Part shown: positions 19,401-26,624 of the stretch, piece after piece
How the letters are laid out: each line of letters starts with the position of its first letter
Position numbering within the stretch: position 1 is the first letter of the stretch
Assembly: GCF_000737315.1 (NCBI RefSeq)
Contig: NZ_JMCB01000014.1
Span: 62,001-126,000 of the forward strand
Length of the DNA stretch: 64,000 nt
Reading direction: 5' to 3'
Source: Hyalangium minutum
GTDB taxonomy: Bacteria > Myxococcota > Myxococcia > Myxococcales > Myxococcaceae
Notes under the pieces: model-generated
What the model saw: only the letters and a program-made list of their open reading frames with translations
Database searches by the model: none
Told to the model about the DNA's origin: nothing
Translations under genes and position numbers: made by a program

Positions 19401-21282
19401 CGACGCCGTTCGGGGGCACGTTCACCACCAGATGCCGGGGCAGCCCGCCGTTCACCTCCAGGTCCAGCGGGGGTTGGGCGGCGCGTCGGCCCGCCACCGA
19501 CGCGATGAAGAAGGGGTACCCCGGAAAGGCGGGCCGCTTCACCGTCTCGCCGTTGGCCAGCGTCACCTGCGTGGGCTTGTATGTGGGCATGGGCGGCATG
19601 GCTCGCCCCGGCAGGGGAACCAGTGCCGGGGTGGGAACGCCTCGTGCCAGCTCCCCATCCGGCAGGTTCCTGTCCGGCGTGCCCGCCTCGAAGACGTCAT
19701 GGTTGCGCCACAGCGACCACATGCCCTGGGCGAAGTGGGGATAGAAGTGGCAGTGGAAGATCGCGTCGCCCACCGTGAGGTTGCGGTTGCCTCCTCCCCC
19801 GAAGTTGATGTCGTAGATGAAGGTGCTTCCGGGGCTGATGGTCTGCGAGTCCAGGTACGTGGACTCGTCGTCCCGCGGTGAGTGCAACCACTGGTGGGAA
19901 TGCAGGTGGAAGATGTGCGCCTCTTTGGGGCCCGCGTGCATGTTCCGGATGCGCACCGGGTCTCCCAGGTAGGCGTGGTGCACGTTGGACGGGTCCTCCG
20001 GGAACAGGGCCCTCTCCGCCTTGCCGTCCTCGTCGCGCTCGAGATTCAGCGCCGGGTCTCCATTGGGCCAGGAGGAGAGAAAGAACTCCTCGAACTTGCA
20101 CTCGAAGCACTTCGCGCTGGGGCCGATGCGCGCACGGTTCGCCAGCAACCGCGGGCCCAGAGCATCCGATCCATAGTTGATGGCAAAGCCGTCCCGGATC
20201 GCTCTCAACGTCGGGTCGTCCTCGAGCTCGGGGAAGGCCTGCACCACCTTGATTTCATCGTGGAAGACGGCGGTGAACTCGCGAAAGACACCCACGTCCT
20301 GCGAGGTAGGCGTCCCCAGCTCCGTGTCCTTGTAGTTGGCGACGATGGCGTAGAGGTCTCCATGGACGATTTCGTTGCCGTCACCGAGGATCTCCAAGAT
20401 GGGAACGCCCCGCTTGTCCTTGGCCTCGTAGTTGATGCGCGGAGTGCCGTCGCTGTTGCGCCCCTTGGTGGCGGCCTGGAGCTCTTCGGCCGTCACCTGC
20501 GAGCGGAACCAACGGGAGCCCTTCGGCTCCACATGGACAGCACCAAAGAAGCCCGCGGCGAGGGCCGCATTGTCCCCTTCTCCGCCCAGCAGGTGCGCCA
20601 TGCTTCGGAACAGGTACGTACCCTCTCGCTCGGCGAAGAGCCGGTACTCGCGCGTCTGGCCGGGCTCCGCAAGACTATCCTCGTTGCGCCCCACGTGAGC
20701 GGCGTCCGCGTCGATGTTGAGGTACTGCAGTCCCTGCACGTGCAGTCCGGCCACGCGCGTCGCCGGTGCGTCGTTGCGGAGGTCCTCCGAGGGCACGTGC
20801 GAGGGAACCTCCGGAGGCTCCGGAATCTGGCCGCGGTTGGGAGCCAGCCAGTTGGTGAAGGTCACCTTCAGGCAATCTCCCTTGTTCACCCGGAGCACCA
20901 GGGGACGGGGACGCTTGCCATCGCGCAGCCTGGCATTGCCTGGACCGGGGGAGTTCCCCTCGATGGCCTCCACGTCGCGGCGCAGGGCATAGACCATCCC
21001 AATGGGGTTGAAGGCTCCGAAGCGGTTGTAGGTAAAGGCCTGGTCCAGAGCCACCACGTCCGCCTTCACCGTGCGCTGGCAGGTGGAGCTGGGACTGTCG
21101 CTCGACGTCGAACTGCCGCTCGGCGCCGAGGACGATGCCGCCTCTGCTGAGGCCGTCTCTGAAGGCTCTGGAGGCGGCACCTTCTCAGAGAGCGAAGTGT
21201 CCGAGCCACATGCCAGCAGCACGCAGGCCGCCAGCACAACTCCTGCCGTGGAATCTAGTCGTTTGCGTATGGGAACCAACAT
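16408..21282 (-). CDS. Large MnxG-like multicopper oxidase lipoprotein, copy B (1624 aa)
   Basis: ATG 21282 after GAGGGGGG; lipobox LLAC; HIFHLHSH, HCHFYPHFAQGM, GQHIH, THDHFSPSSMQQHG, HAFTLHGH. Confidence 0.9.
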   Translation of the reverse strand: MLVPIRKRLDSTAGVVLAACVLLACGSDTSLSEKVPPPEPSETASAEAASSSAPSGSSTSSDSPSSTCQRTVKADVVALDQAFTYNRFGAFNPIGMVYALRRDVEAIEGNSPGPGNARLRDGKRPRPLVLRVNKGDCLKVTFTNWLAPNRGQIPEPPEVPSHVPSEDLRNDAPATRVAGLHVQGLQYLNIDADAAHVGRNEDSLAEPGQTREYRLFAEREGTYLFRSMAHLLGGEGDNAALAAGFFGAVHVEPKGSRWFRSQVTAEELQAATKGRNSDGTPRINYEAKDKRGVPILEILGDGNEIVHGDLYAIVANYKDTELGTPTSQDVGVFREFTAVFHDEIKVVQAFPELEDDPTLRAIRDGFAINYGSDALGPRLLANRARIGPSAKCFECKFEEFFLSSWPNGDPALNLERDEDGKAERALFPEDPSNVHHAYLGDPVRIRNMHAGPKEAHIFHLHSHQWLHSPRDDESTYLDSQTISPGSTFIYDINFGGGGNRNLTVGDAIFHCHFYPHFAQGMWSLWRNHDVFEAGTPDRNLPDGELARGVPTPALVPLPGRAMPPMPTYKPTQVTLANGETVKRPAFPGYPFFIASVAGRRAAQPPLDLEVNGGLPRHLVVNVPPNGVVLGERGEFDVTLEKADLKLLPDQGTPAEQVAMDFHAGEFEGGENQRTLYGFPAAAYPAFTPEGKRASFFVNGQPPKPGAPYADPCPKGTKERDYRVAFVQLDMVVNRAGWHDPQARIFVLNDDVQATLSGERPPEPLVMRANSGECVVSHGTNLIPDALEEDAFQIFAPTDTLGQHIHLVKFDVTSSDGSVNGWNYEDGTFAAQEVQMRIAAANARGGAFKADGTTKPGGPRQKLTARPHPLLPFAPLGTQTTVQRWWADPIVNDQGEDRTVQTSFTHDHFSPSSMQQHGFYASLAVEPKGSRWRDPETGVQLGTRDDGGPTRWRADILTPKREDSFREFPLAVADFALVFDDRGEPINVQGNELQPLPRAIANPENPPPLAISSDDPGSMLLNYRNEPIPLRIAQKVGGTFVQRQGPAGDMANVFRSDVHGDPFTPLMRAYGGDKVLIRLTEGAQEEMHSLSINGVRWLHEPADKNSGFANAQAFGISEHFELADRLPPVQGGPTADFLYNSAPADDLWNGVWGLIRTYRDTQPDLLELPGNPIHGRANAKHPTCPEDAPLRRYTVYALTARGNLPGGRLVYNERFRIFDPDAILYVLAEHVDDVIRGRRRPEPLILRAAAGDCIEVKLVNALPEVLPKTPHWNFLPVITEGFNVNQVASSNQASLHPQLVDFNVREGDSANVGLNPVQTVAPGKVGVYRWYAGRWKLEDDESVSAPVLLASLEAGGSARERNGVFEPIPVEYGAINLRDMADVVNHGTQSVLGALIIEPRGATWKTDPGTHAQATVSYRDKDGKQRKFREFVLLYQDELGLHSDDPRFQCEDAGLQCGTALLTYGATDDAEESGHKAFNLRTEPLWARLGLRPENALVEANNLQQADLLSSKDFGEPATPIFTAKDGDEVRFRVLQASGHPRSHAFTLHGHEWQHEPWVDGSSRIGDNEESNIVGTQGGHAPMRHWNVVPENGAGGKFRVEGDYLYQDQPSVLFPEGMWGIFRVE

Positions 21283-21468
21283 TCCGAACCCCCCTCTGAA
21301 AAAACAGGCCCAGAGGTAGTTCAAGTGCGGGGGATGCGTCATTGCTCGCCGGTCCGGACGCGAGTCTCCTCACGGACTCCCAAGGTGACGCGGGCTGTCT
21401 CATCTTCAGCAGCTTGCCGAGTCACTTGTAGACTCCGCATCACGGCATGGCTTCCTTCGTCAGTCTTG

Positions 21469-21484
21469 GGTGATTGCTATCACC
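21469..21484. promoter_or_regulatory. Palindromic operator-like site GGTGAT-N4-ATCACC
   Basis: GGTGAT tgct ATCACC with perfect arms, in the divergent oxidase/beta-helix intergenic region; same geometry as the sites at 41.1-41.2 kb. Confidence 0.6.
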
Positions 21485-21534
21485 CTGAAGGATGCCCCTC
21501 CTGCCAACTCCCGCCGCGCGGAGGCCGTGCCCAG

Positions 21535-21550
21535 GGTGACCGCAGACACC
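21535..21550. promoter_or_regulatory. Operator-like site GGTGAC-N4-GACACC
   Basis: GGTGAC cgca GACACC, the same variant as 41201-41216. Confidence 0.55.
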
Positions 21551-21627
21551 CTCCATGTCTCGGGGAGGTCCTCACCCTCCGCTCACTGTGGGAGCGGGGC
21601 TCGCTCACCAATCGAGGAGAAACACCC

Positions 21628-23382
21628 ATGAAGAGCCTGATGAGCAGCCTGTTGATGCGCAGCGGAATGTCGAACCTGGAGGCCACGGCCCGCACGGTGC
21701 GTGGCGGCACGAGCCTGGCCACGCTCGTGCTCCTCGCGAGCGTCGCCAGTGGCGGCCTCGCTTGTGATCTGACACTCGAGGGCGATGAGCAGCCAGATCA
21801 GGAATTCTCCGCGGGCGCGGACGAGGTGGAGATCGAATGCGACTGCCCTCCCTCCACGGTGGCGGCCGCTCCGTCCGTGACGCTGGGCCCGGATGGACGG
21901 CTTCAGTACCGGCCCACCGCGCAAGGTGACACCGTGCCGGACTTCTCCAACGCCGGCTACCGCGGAGGCGGTGTCGCGCTGCCAGCCGTGCCGGTGGTGC
22001 GCACCCTGAACCCCATCTCGGGAGACGCGCAGGTGATGATCCAGCGCGCCATTGACGAAGTGTCTGCGCTGCCCCGGGACAGCCGGGGCTTCCGGGGCGC
22101 CATCCTCCTCAAGAAGGGCATCTACCGCATCCCCGGCTCGCTCTTCATCCGCGCCAGCGGAGTGGTACTGCGGGGCGAGGGCGACGAGGCGAACGGAACC
22201 GTGCTGCTGGCCACCGGCACCAACCGCCGGACCCTGCTGCGCATCGAGGGCGGACCGATCCAGCCCGCGAAGCCCACGCACACCCTCACCGATCGCTATG
22301 TGCCCGTGGGCGCTCGCTCCTTCAATGTGGACTCCACCTCGGGGCTGCGCGTGGGGGACACCATCGTCTTGGAGCGTCCGAGCACCGCCGAGTGGATTCG
22401 CGCCATTGGCATGGACCGCATCCCACCGCGTGCGGATGGCGGTGAAGTCCAGCAGTGGGAGCCCGGCTACTATGATCTCGAGTTCGAGCGCGTCATCACC
22501 GCCATCAACGGCACGCGGGTGTTCATCGACGAGCCGCTGGTGAACTCGCTCGACGCGAAGTATGGCGGGGGCACCATCACCCGCTACACCACGGGGAAGC
22601 GCCTCGAGGAAGTGGGCATCGAGCGCCTGCGCGGCGACACGGTGTACTCGGGGCCCGAGGATGAGAACCACGCGTGGACCTTCATGGAGTTCACCCACGT
22701 GGCGAACGCCTGGGTGAGCAACGTCACTGGCATCCACTTTTCCCACTCCGTCGTGATGGTGAGCGGCGACAGCAAGGCGATGACGGTGCGGAACGTGAAG
22801 TCCCTGGAGCCCATCTCCCTGATGGATGGCGATCGTCGCTATCCCTTCCACATCGTCAAAGGCCACGGGCTGCTGTTCTACAAGTGCCAGTCCTGGAACT
22901 CGCGCCATGACTTCGTCACGGGCAGCCGGGTGACGGGGCCCAACGTGTTCCTCGAGGGGCAGGCGTACGACACGGTGGAGGTGGGGCCGCACCACCGCTG
23001 GGCCGTGGGCACGCTGTTCGACAACATCATCGTCCGGGGCAGCGGCTCGCTCTCGGCGTACAACCGCTCCAACCAGGGCTCCGGCCAGGGCTGGTCCGGC
23101 GCCAACCAGGTGTTCTGGAACTCCGAGGCCCCCAGGATGACATGCGAGAGCCCGCCTACCGCACAGAACTGGAACGTGGGCAGTGTCACGGCGAAGCCCT
23201 CGCGCCAGTGCCTGTGGGAGTCCATCGGCAAGCCCGTCCCTATTGCCAGCCTGTACCGCGCGCAGCTGGCCCAACGGCTCGGAACCCAGGCCCTCCGCAA
23301 CCTGGATGCGACAGCCTCCGCCACTCCAGCTCCCTCAAGGTCTGCCCTGAGGCCCCCTCCCCGGCGGTTGGAGCCCCGGTGA
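21628..23382 (+). CDS. Lipoprotein with right-handed beta-helix (pectate/polysaccharide lyase-like) domain
   Basis: ATG 21628 after GAGGAG; lipobox GLAC; PDFSNAGYRGGGVALP, GAILLKKGIYRI, RHDFV, GPNVF, GPHHRWAVGTLFDN motifs typical of uncharacterised beta-helix polysaccharide enzymes. Confidence 0.7.
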   Translation: MKSLMSSLLMRSGMSNLEATARTVRGGTSLATLVLLASVASGGLACDLTLEGDEQPDQEFSAGADEVEIECDCPPSTVAAAPSVTLGPDGRLQYRPTAQGDTVPDFSNAGYRGGGVALPAVPVVRTLNPISGDAQVMIQRAIDEVSALPRDSRGFRGAILLKKGIYRIPGSLFIRASGVVLRGEGDEANGTVLLATGTNRRTLLRIEGGPIQPAKPTHTLTDRYVPVGARSFNVDSTSGLRVGDTIVLERPSTAEWIRAIGMDRIPPRADGGEVQQWEPGYYDLEFERVITAINGTRVFIDEPLVNSLDAKYGGGTITRYTTGKRLEEVGIERLRGDTVYSGPEDENHAWTFMEFTHVANAWVSNVTGIHFSHSVVMVSGDSKAMTVRNVKSLEPISLMDGDRRYPFHIVKGHGLLFYKCQSWNSRHDFVTGSRVTGPNVFLEGQAYDTVEVGPHHRWAVGTLFDNIIVRGSGSLSAYNRSNQGSGQGWSGANQVFWNSEAPRMTCESPPTAQNWNVGSVTAKPSRQCLWESIGKPVPIASLYRAQLAQRLGTQALRNLDATASATPAPSRSALRPPPRRLEPR

Positions 23383-23415
23383 CCGGCTGTCACCCCGCGA
23401 TGGCCGCCGCCCTCT

Positions 23416-24753
23416 TCATGTCTGAAGGTCGGCGAGCCAGCGCAGGGCACGCAGTCCGGGCATGAAGCCGTACTCACCACCCCGGGTGACGACGAACCGC
23501 GGCAGGCCCTGGAGGCGCCTCGGAATCGGCCGGCGTGGAATGGAGAAGCTGTTCGCGCCGTCGCTGGCCCCGGCGATGGGGTCCTTCGTGGTCCCCAAGC
23601 CGAGAAAGTCACCGCTGTTGATCCACTCCGACTGGACAAACTCGAACTGCCGTCCCAGGTGCGTCCCAATGAAAGCGAACATCAACCCCCGGTCGGCGCC
23701 ATCGTCCTCGGTGACGCCTTCCGGAAGCTGCGGGCCGTAGGCGGTTCCGCGGCGGATCATCCGGTGCAAGCGGACGACACCGGCCACATCAGCGTCTCGC
23801 GGATTCGCCCGCCGGATGTGCGATCCGGGCGGCGTCACATATCCCGTCGAGTCCCCCTGCCGGTAGAGGAAGTCATTGTTACGCCGAGGGTCGGCCCCCA
23901 GTTCGGGATCGTCATGGAACGGGCAGAGCGCCAGAGGGGCGCCACTGCGCCAGCGCCCCATCAGCTTGGCCGCGAGCAACTCCAGCTCCTCGGGGCTGGA
24001 GGAGTGGGCCCTCAGATACTGACGGAACGCCGCCACGCGCTGATGCAGCTTGCGGAAGACGATATACGTCCCGTTGCGTCCCAGGACCTCGGGCTGGGGC
24101 ATCGGAGGGAAGCCTCCCATCTCGTCGCGGTAGCCAAGGACGAACTCACCGGCCTTCAATGGCTTCTCCCGGGGGTTGCTCCCGGGGATGCCGCTCCCCT
24201 CGATGGCAGGGTGGCTGATGCCGTCCCGGAACCCAAAGGGCTCCTGCTGGGTGGGCAGCGCGTGGCAGTCCTGGCGCCAGATCACCTCGACCCCGCCCAG
24301 CGCCTCGAGCGCGCTCCGCGCTCGCCCGAGCGCCGTCGCCAGATGCTGCGAGTCCGGTGCAAGGGCCACGAGCACGACGTGGGCGTCCGGCGTCCCGAGC
24401 GGCTTCTCCCAATGCTCGGGGCTGCTCTCCCCTGTGTCTCCCAGCGCCTGGGCACGCGCGACCATCCCTTGCCTGAACTCCCACGCAAAGCTGTCGAGCG
24501 AGGCCTGCGGGACTCCCAGAGCCCTCAGTCCGTGAAACGTGAGCGCGACGCTCACCCAGGTATCACCCGCCGGGCTGCGCGGGTGGCCTGCCGAGGCCAC
24601 CACGGTGCTCAGCCGGCGCATCAGCTCGCGGCCCGCTTGGCGGTCATCAATTCGGAGCAGGAGGTAGGTCGCCGCATACGGAGAGGGCCGAGGGCGGAGG
24701 GTTCCGCTCTGGATGTCATCCAGCTCGAGAGGTGTGTCCGCAGCCTCGCTCAT
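23416..24753 (-). CDS. Dye-decolourising (DyP-type) heme peroxidase
   Basis: GFRDGISHP (GxxDG), proximal HIRRANPRD, distal RRGTAYG; alternative start at 24771; no signal peptide. Confidence 0.92.
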   Translation of the reverse strand: MSEAADTPLELDDIQSGTLRPRPSPYAATYLLLRIDDRQAGRELMRRLSTVVASAGHPRSPAGDTWVSVALTFHGLRALGVPQASLDSFAWEFRQGMVARAQALGDTGESSPEHWEKPLGTPDAHVVLVALAPDSQHLATALGRARSALEALGGVEVIWRQDCHALPTQQEPFGFRDGISHPAIEGSGIPGSNPREKPLKAGEFVLGYRDEMGGFPPMPQPEVLGRNGTYIVFRKLHQRVAAFRQYLRAHSSSPEELELLAAKLMGRWRSGAPLALCPFHDDPELGADPRRNNDFLYRQGDSTGYVTPPGSHIRRANPRDADVAGVVRLHRMIRRGTAYGPQLPEGVTEDDGADRGLMFAFIGTHLGRQFEFVQSEWINSGDFLGLGTTKDPIAGASDGANSFSIPRRPIPRRLQGLPRFVVTRGGEYGFMPGLRALRWLADLQT

Positions 24754-24767
24754 GGACCGTCCTGATC

Positions 24768-25781
24768 TCAATTCGCCGTGGCGATGTTCCTCCAGAAGCG
24801 CTCCAAACTCTCGTCGTGGCCGAACAGGGTGCTGAAGACCGTGGAGTCGGCCACCAGCACATCCCCGCCCCGGTCTCCTCGCGGCGGCATCCAGACGAGC
24901 GCATTGAACTCTGGGTTCCCGGCCAGCGTGAACGGATGGGGCCTGGACATGTCGATGGGCTGCCTGGCCAGGACATGGATGGCCCCCGTCGCCTCGCCCG
25001 TCACTGCGTAGTGCGGCAGGTGCTGGTGGAAGTTGAAGTTCGTGACTCCCGCGAGCCAGCCGCGCGTATCCAGATCTCTCAAGACCGTCAGCGGAGCAAT
25101 CCGGCGGCTTGCGCCCACCACCGCGGGGCGGAGACCGTATCGATTCTCGACGGGGATTCCGAGCCCCTGCATCAGCGAGCGGGTGTACCGCCCGAACCGC
25201 TGTTGGCGGGGCACCAGCGCGTCGCCATGGTGGGCATACTCCATCGCGCGCTCCTGCAACTCGGGTGAGGCTCCCACGTCGTGGTGAGGGCCGATGATGA
25301 CGCAGGTGCCCTCTCGCTGGAGGAAGTCCCGGACGGCCTCGATCTCCTCCGTGGAGGCCTCCTGCTCCGTGACCATGTGGTCCAGCCCGAAGATCAGCAA
25401 CGTGTCGGCATCCGCGAGGACTCGCTCATCGAGCGGAAGCCTGAAGCCGGCCTGGTCAACACGCTGGAACACGGGGACCCCATGCCCGGTGGCCTCCTGG
25501 ACGACCTGTTGGAACCGCACCCAGGCCCAGAAGAACAACTCCAGCGAGCCCGTGATCCCCTGCTGGAACTGCAACGGGTCTGCAAACCTCGGCGTCTCAT
25601 AGTCGGGCCAGAGCACCCGGCGGACCTCGGTCATGGTCGAGTAGCGATTGTCCATCCCGGTCACATCCCGGTTGGCTTCGCCCGGGTAGCTCCAAGAGAT
25701 GTAGACGCTGACGCGGCGTCGGCCCTTGACGTACTTCCGAGGCACATGCGCCTGGTTGTAGGTGCGCGCGGGTTCGCTCAT
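24768..25781 (-). CDS. Conserved hypothetical protein (337 aa) in DyP cassette
   Basis: Coding-like GC3 bias; stop next to the DyP start; segment DTLLIFGLDH...AVRDFL...IIGPHHDVG resembles a GATase-like flavodoxin fold (recollection only). Confidence 0.8.
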   Translation of the reverse strand: MSEPARTYNQAHVPRKYVKGRRRVSVYISWSYPGEANRDVTGMDNRYSTMTEVRRVLWPDYETPRFADPLQFQQGITGSLELFFWAWVRFQQVVQEATGHGVPVFQRVDQAGFRLPLDERVLADADTLLIFGLDHMVTEQEASTEEIEAVRDFLQREGTCVIIGPHHDVGASPELQERAMEYAHHGDALVPRQQRFGRYTRSLMQGLGIPVENRYGLRPAVVGASRRIAPLTVLRDLDTRGWLAGVTNFNFHQHLPHYAVTGEATGAIHVLARQPIDMSRPHPFTLAGNPEFNALVWMPPRGDRGGDVLVADSTVFSTLFGHDESLERFWRNIATAN

Positions 25782-25811
25782 GACCGTGTCCTCGATGCGG
25801 GTCCCTCCGCC

Positions 25812-26339
25812 TCACTGCATCTGCTCGAGCATCTCGGAGAAGGCGGCCTTGAGCTTCAGGGCCTTCTTGATCTCATCGGAAGTGACATACGGATACTCTC
25901 CGTACTCCATGAAGCTCGGGCACTGGTGCTGCCGGACGAACTTGTTGAACGCCTCGGGGTTCGTCTTCCAGTCCAGCGGGAAGCCTTCGAGGTTCTCGAA
26001 GACTGTGTCGACACCGGCCCTCTTGAAGAGCTCGATCGCGTCCTCGGTGTACTTGTCGAAGTTGGTGTCGAAGATGCCCTGATACATGAACCGCGTGTCG
26101 TCGTCGAAGAGCACCCAGCGCAGGTAGTGGAGCTTGAGTGGCGCGAGCAGCTCGGGGTCATGCTCCAGCGCCTTCGCCAGCTTGTGTCCATAGCCACGGA
26201 TGGCCTCCGCCCTCCCTGGCTTCACGTGGGCGATGATGGTGAAGCCGTAGCACGCCGGAGTCCTCGGCCAGATGGGGCCGTATTTCCCGACCTCCCACGC
26301 TTCATCGTGTTTTGGGATCAAGACCGCCGCTGGTTTCAT
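25812..26339 (-). CDS. Conserved hypothetical ferredoxin-like-fold protein (DyP-associated, LHY/FxRW type)
   Basis: LHYLRWVLFDDDTRFMYQGIFDTNFDKY motif; 30 bp upstream of the next gene; start codon uncertain. Confidence 0.8.
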   Translation of the reverse strand: MKPAAVLIPKHDEAWEVGKYGPIWPRTPACYGFTIIAHVKPGRAEAIRGYGHKLAKALEHDPELLAPLKLHYLRWVLFDDDTRFMYQGIFDTNFDKYTEDAIELFKRAGVDTVFENLEGFPLDWKTNPEAFNKFVRQHQCPSFMEYGEYPYVTSDEIKKALKLKAAFSEMLEQMQ

Positions 26340-26624
26340 ACCCGAGAACGTGGGAGGCGGATTTGAGTGCGTCAAGTCGTGGCTGCCTTGACGTGGGTGC
26401 CAGGCCCTCCGCCCTCGTCTGAGCAGGGATGCGGGTGCCAGCCGACAGGTGGGCAGCCCCCCCGGCCCTGGAAGGCACTGGTCAGTGCGAGGGCGCTGCG
26501 GAGTGAAATCCGCAGCGCCCAAGCTCGCACTCCCCCCCATGCGAGAGCAGTCTGAGGTTGCCGCAGGCATCCGCGGCGAGGGCGCTCGTCACCGGTCCCC
26601 TCTCCCGGGCGCCCCCAGTCTCAC

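Larger units (their letters stand above)
11294..21323. repeat. Direct tandem duplication, unit about 5.05 kb (oxidase gene plus 5' and 3' flanks)
   Basis: Stops offset by 5049 bp and starts by 5046 bp; shared 3' flank TCCGGyGCGGCGTCGAGAGGTGCACCTTTGGG (11325/16374) and 5' flank GGTAGTTCA (16268/21315). Confidence 0.95.

Noticed and set aside
11359-21282. Tandem oxidase copies as an assembly artefact
   Set aside because: The copies differ throughout by synonymous changes, residue substitutions and small indels, which a duplicated contig would not show.
21330-21345. Plus-strand GG-N10-GC (GGGATGCGTCATTGCT) as a sigma-54 promoter
   Set aside because: Poor -24 box, about 280 nt from the next start, and the palindromes would lie downstream of it.
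23378-23394. GGTGAC-N5-GTCACC as another regulon site
   Set aside because: Spacer is 5 rather than 4, and it overlaps a stop codon between convergent genes; more likely a terminator-type hairpin.
23416-24753. DyP as encapsulin cargo
   Set aside because: No encapsulin gene nearby and no Gly/Pro-rich targeting tail (ends ...WLADLQT).
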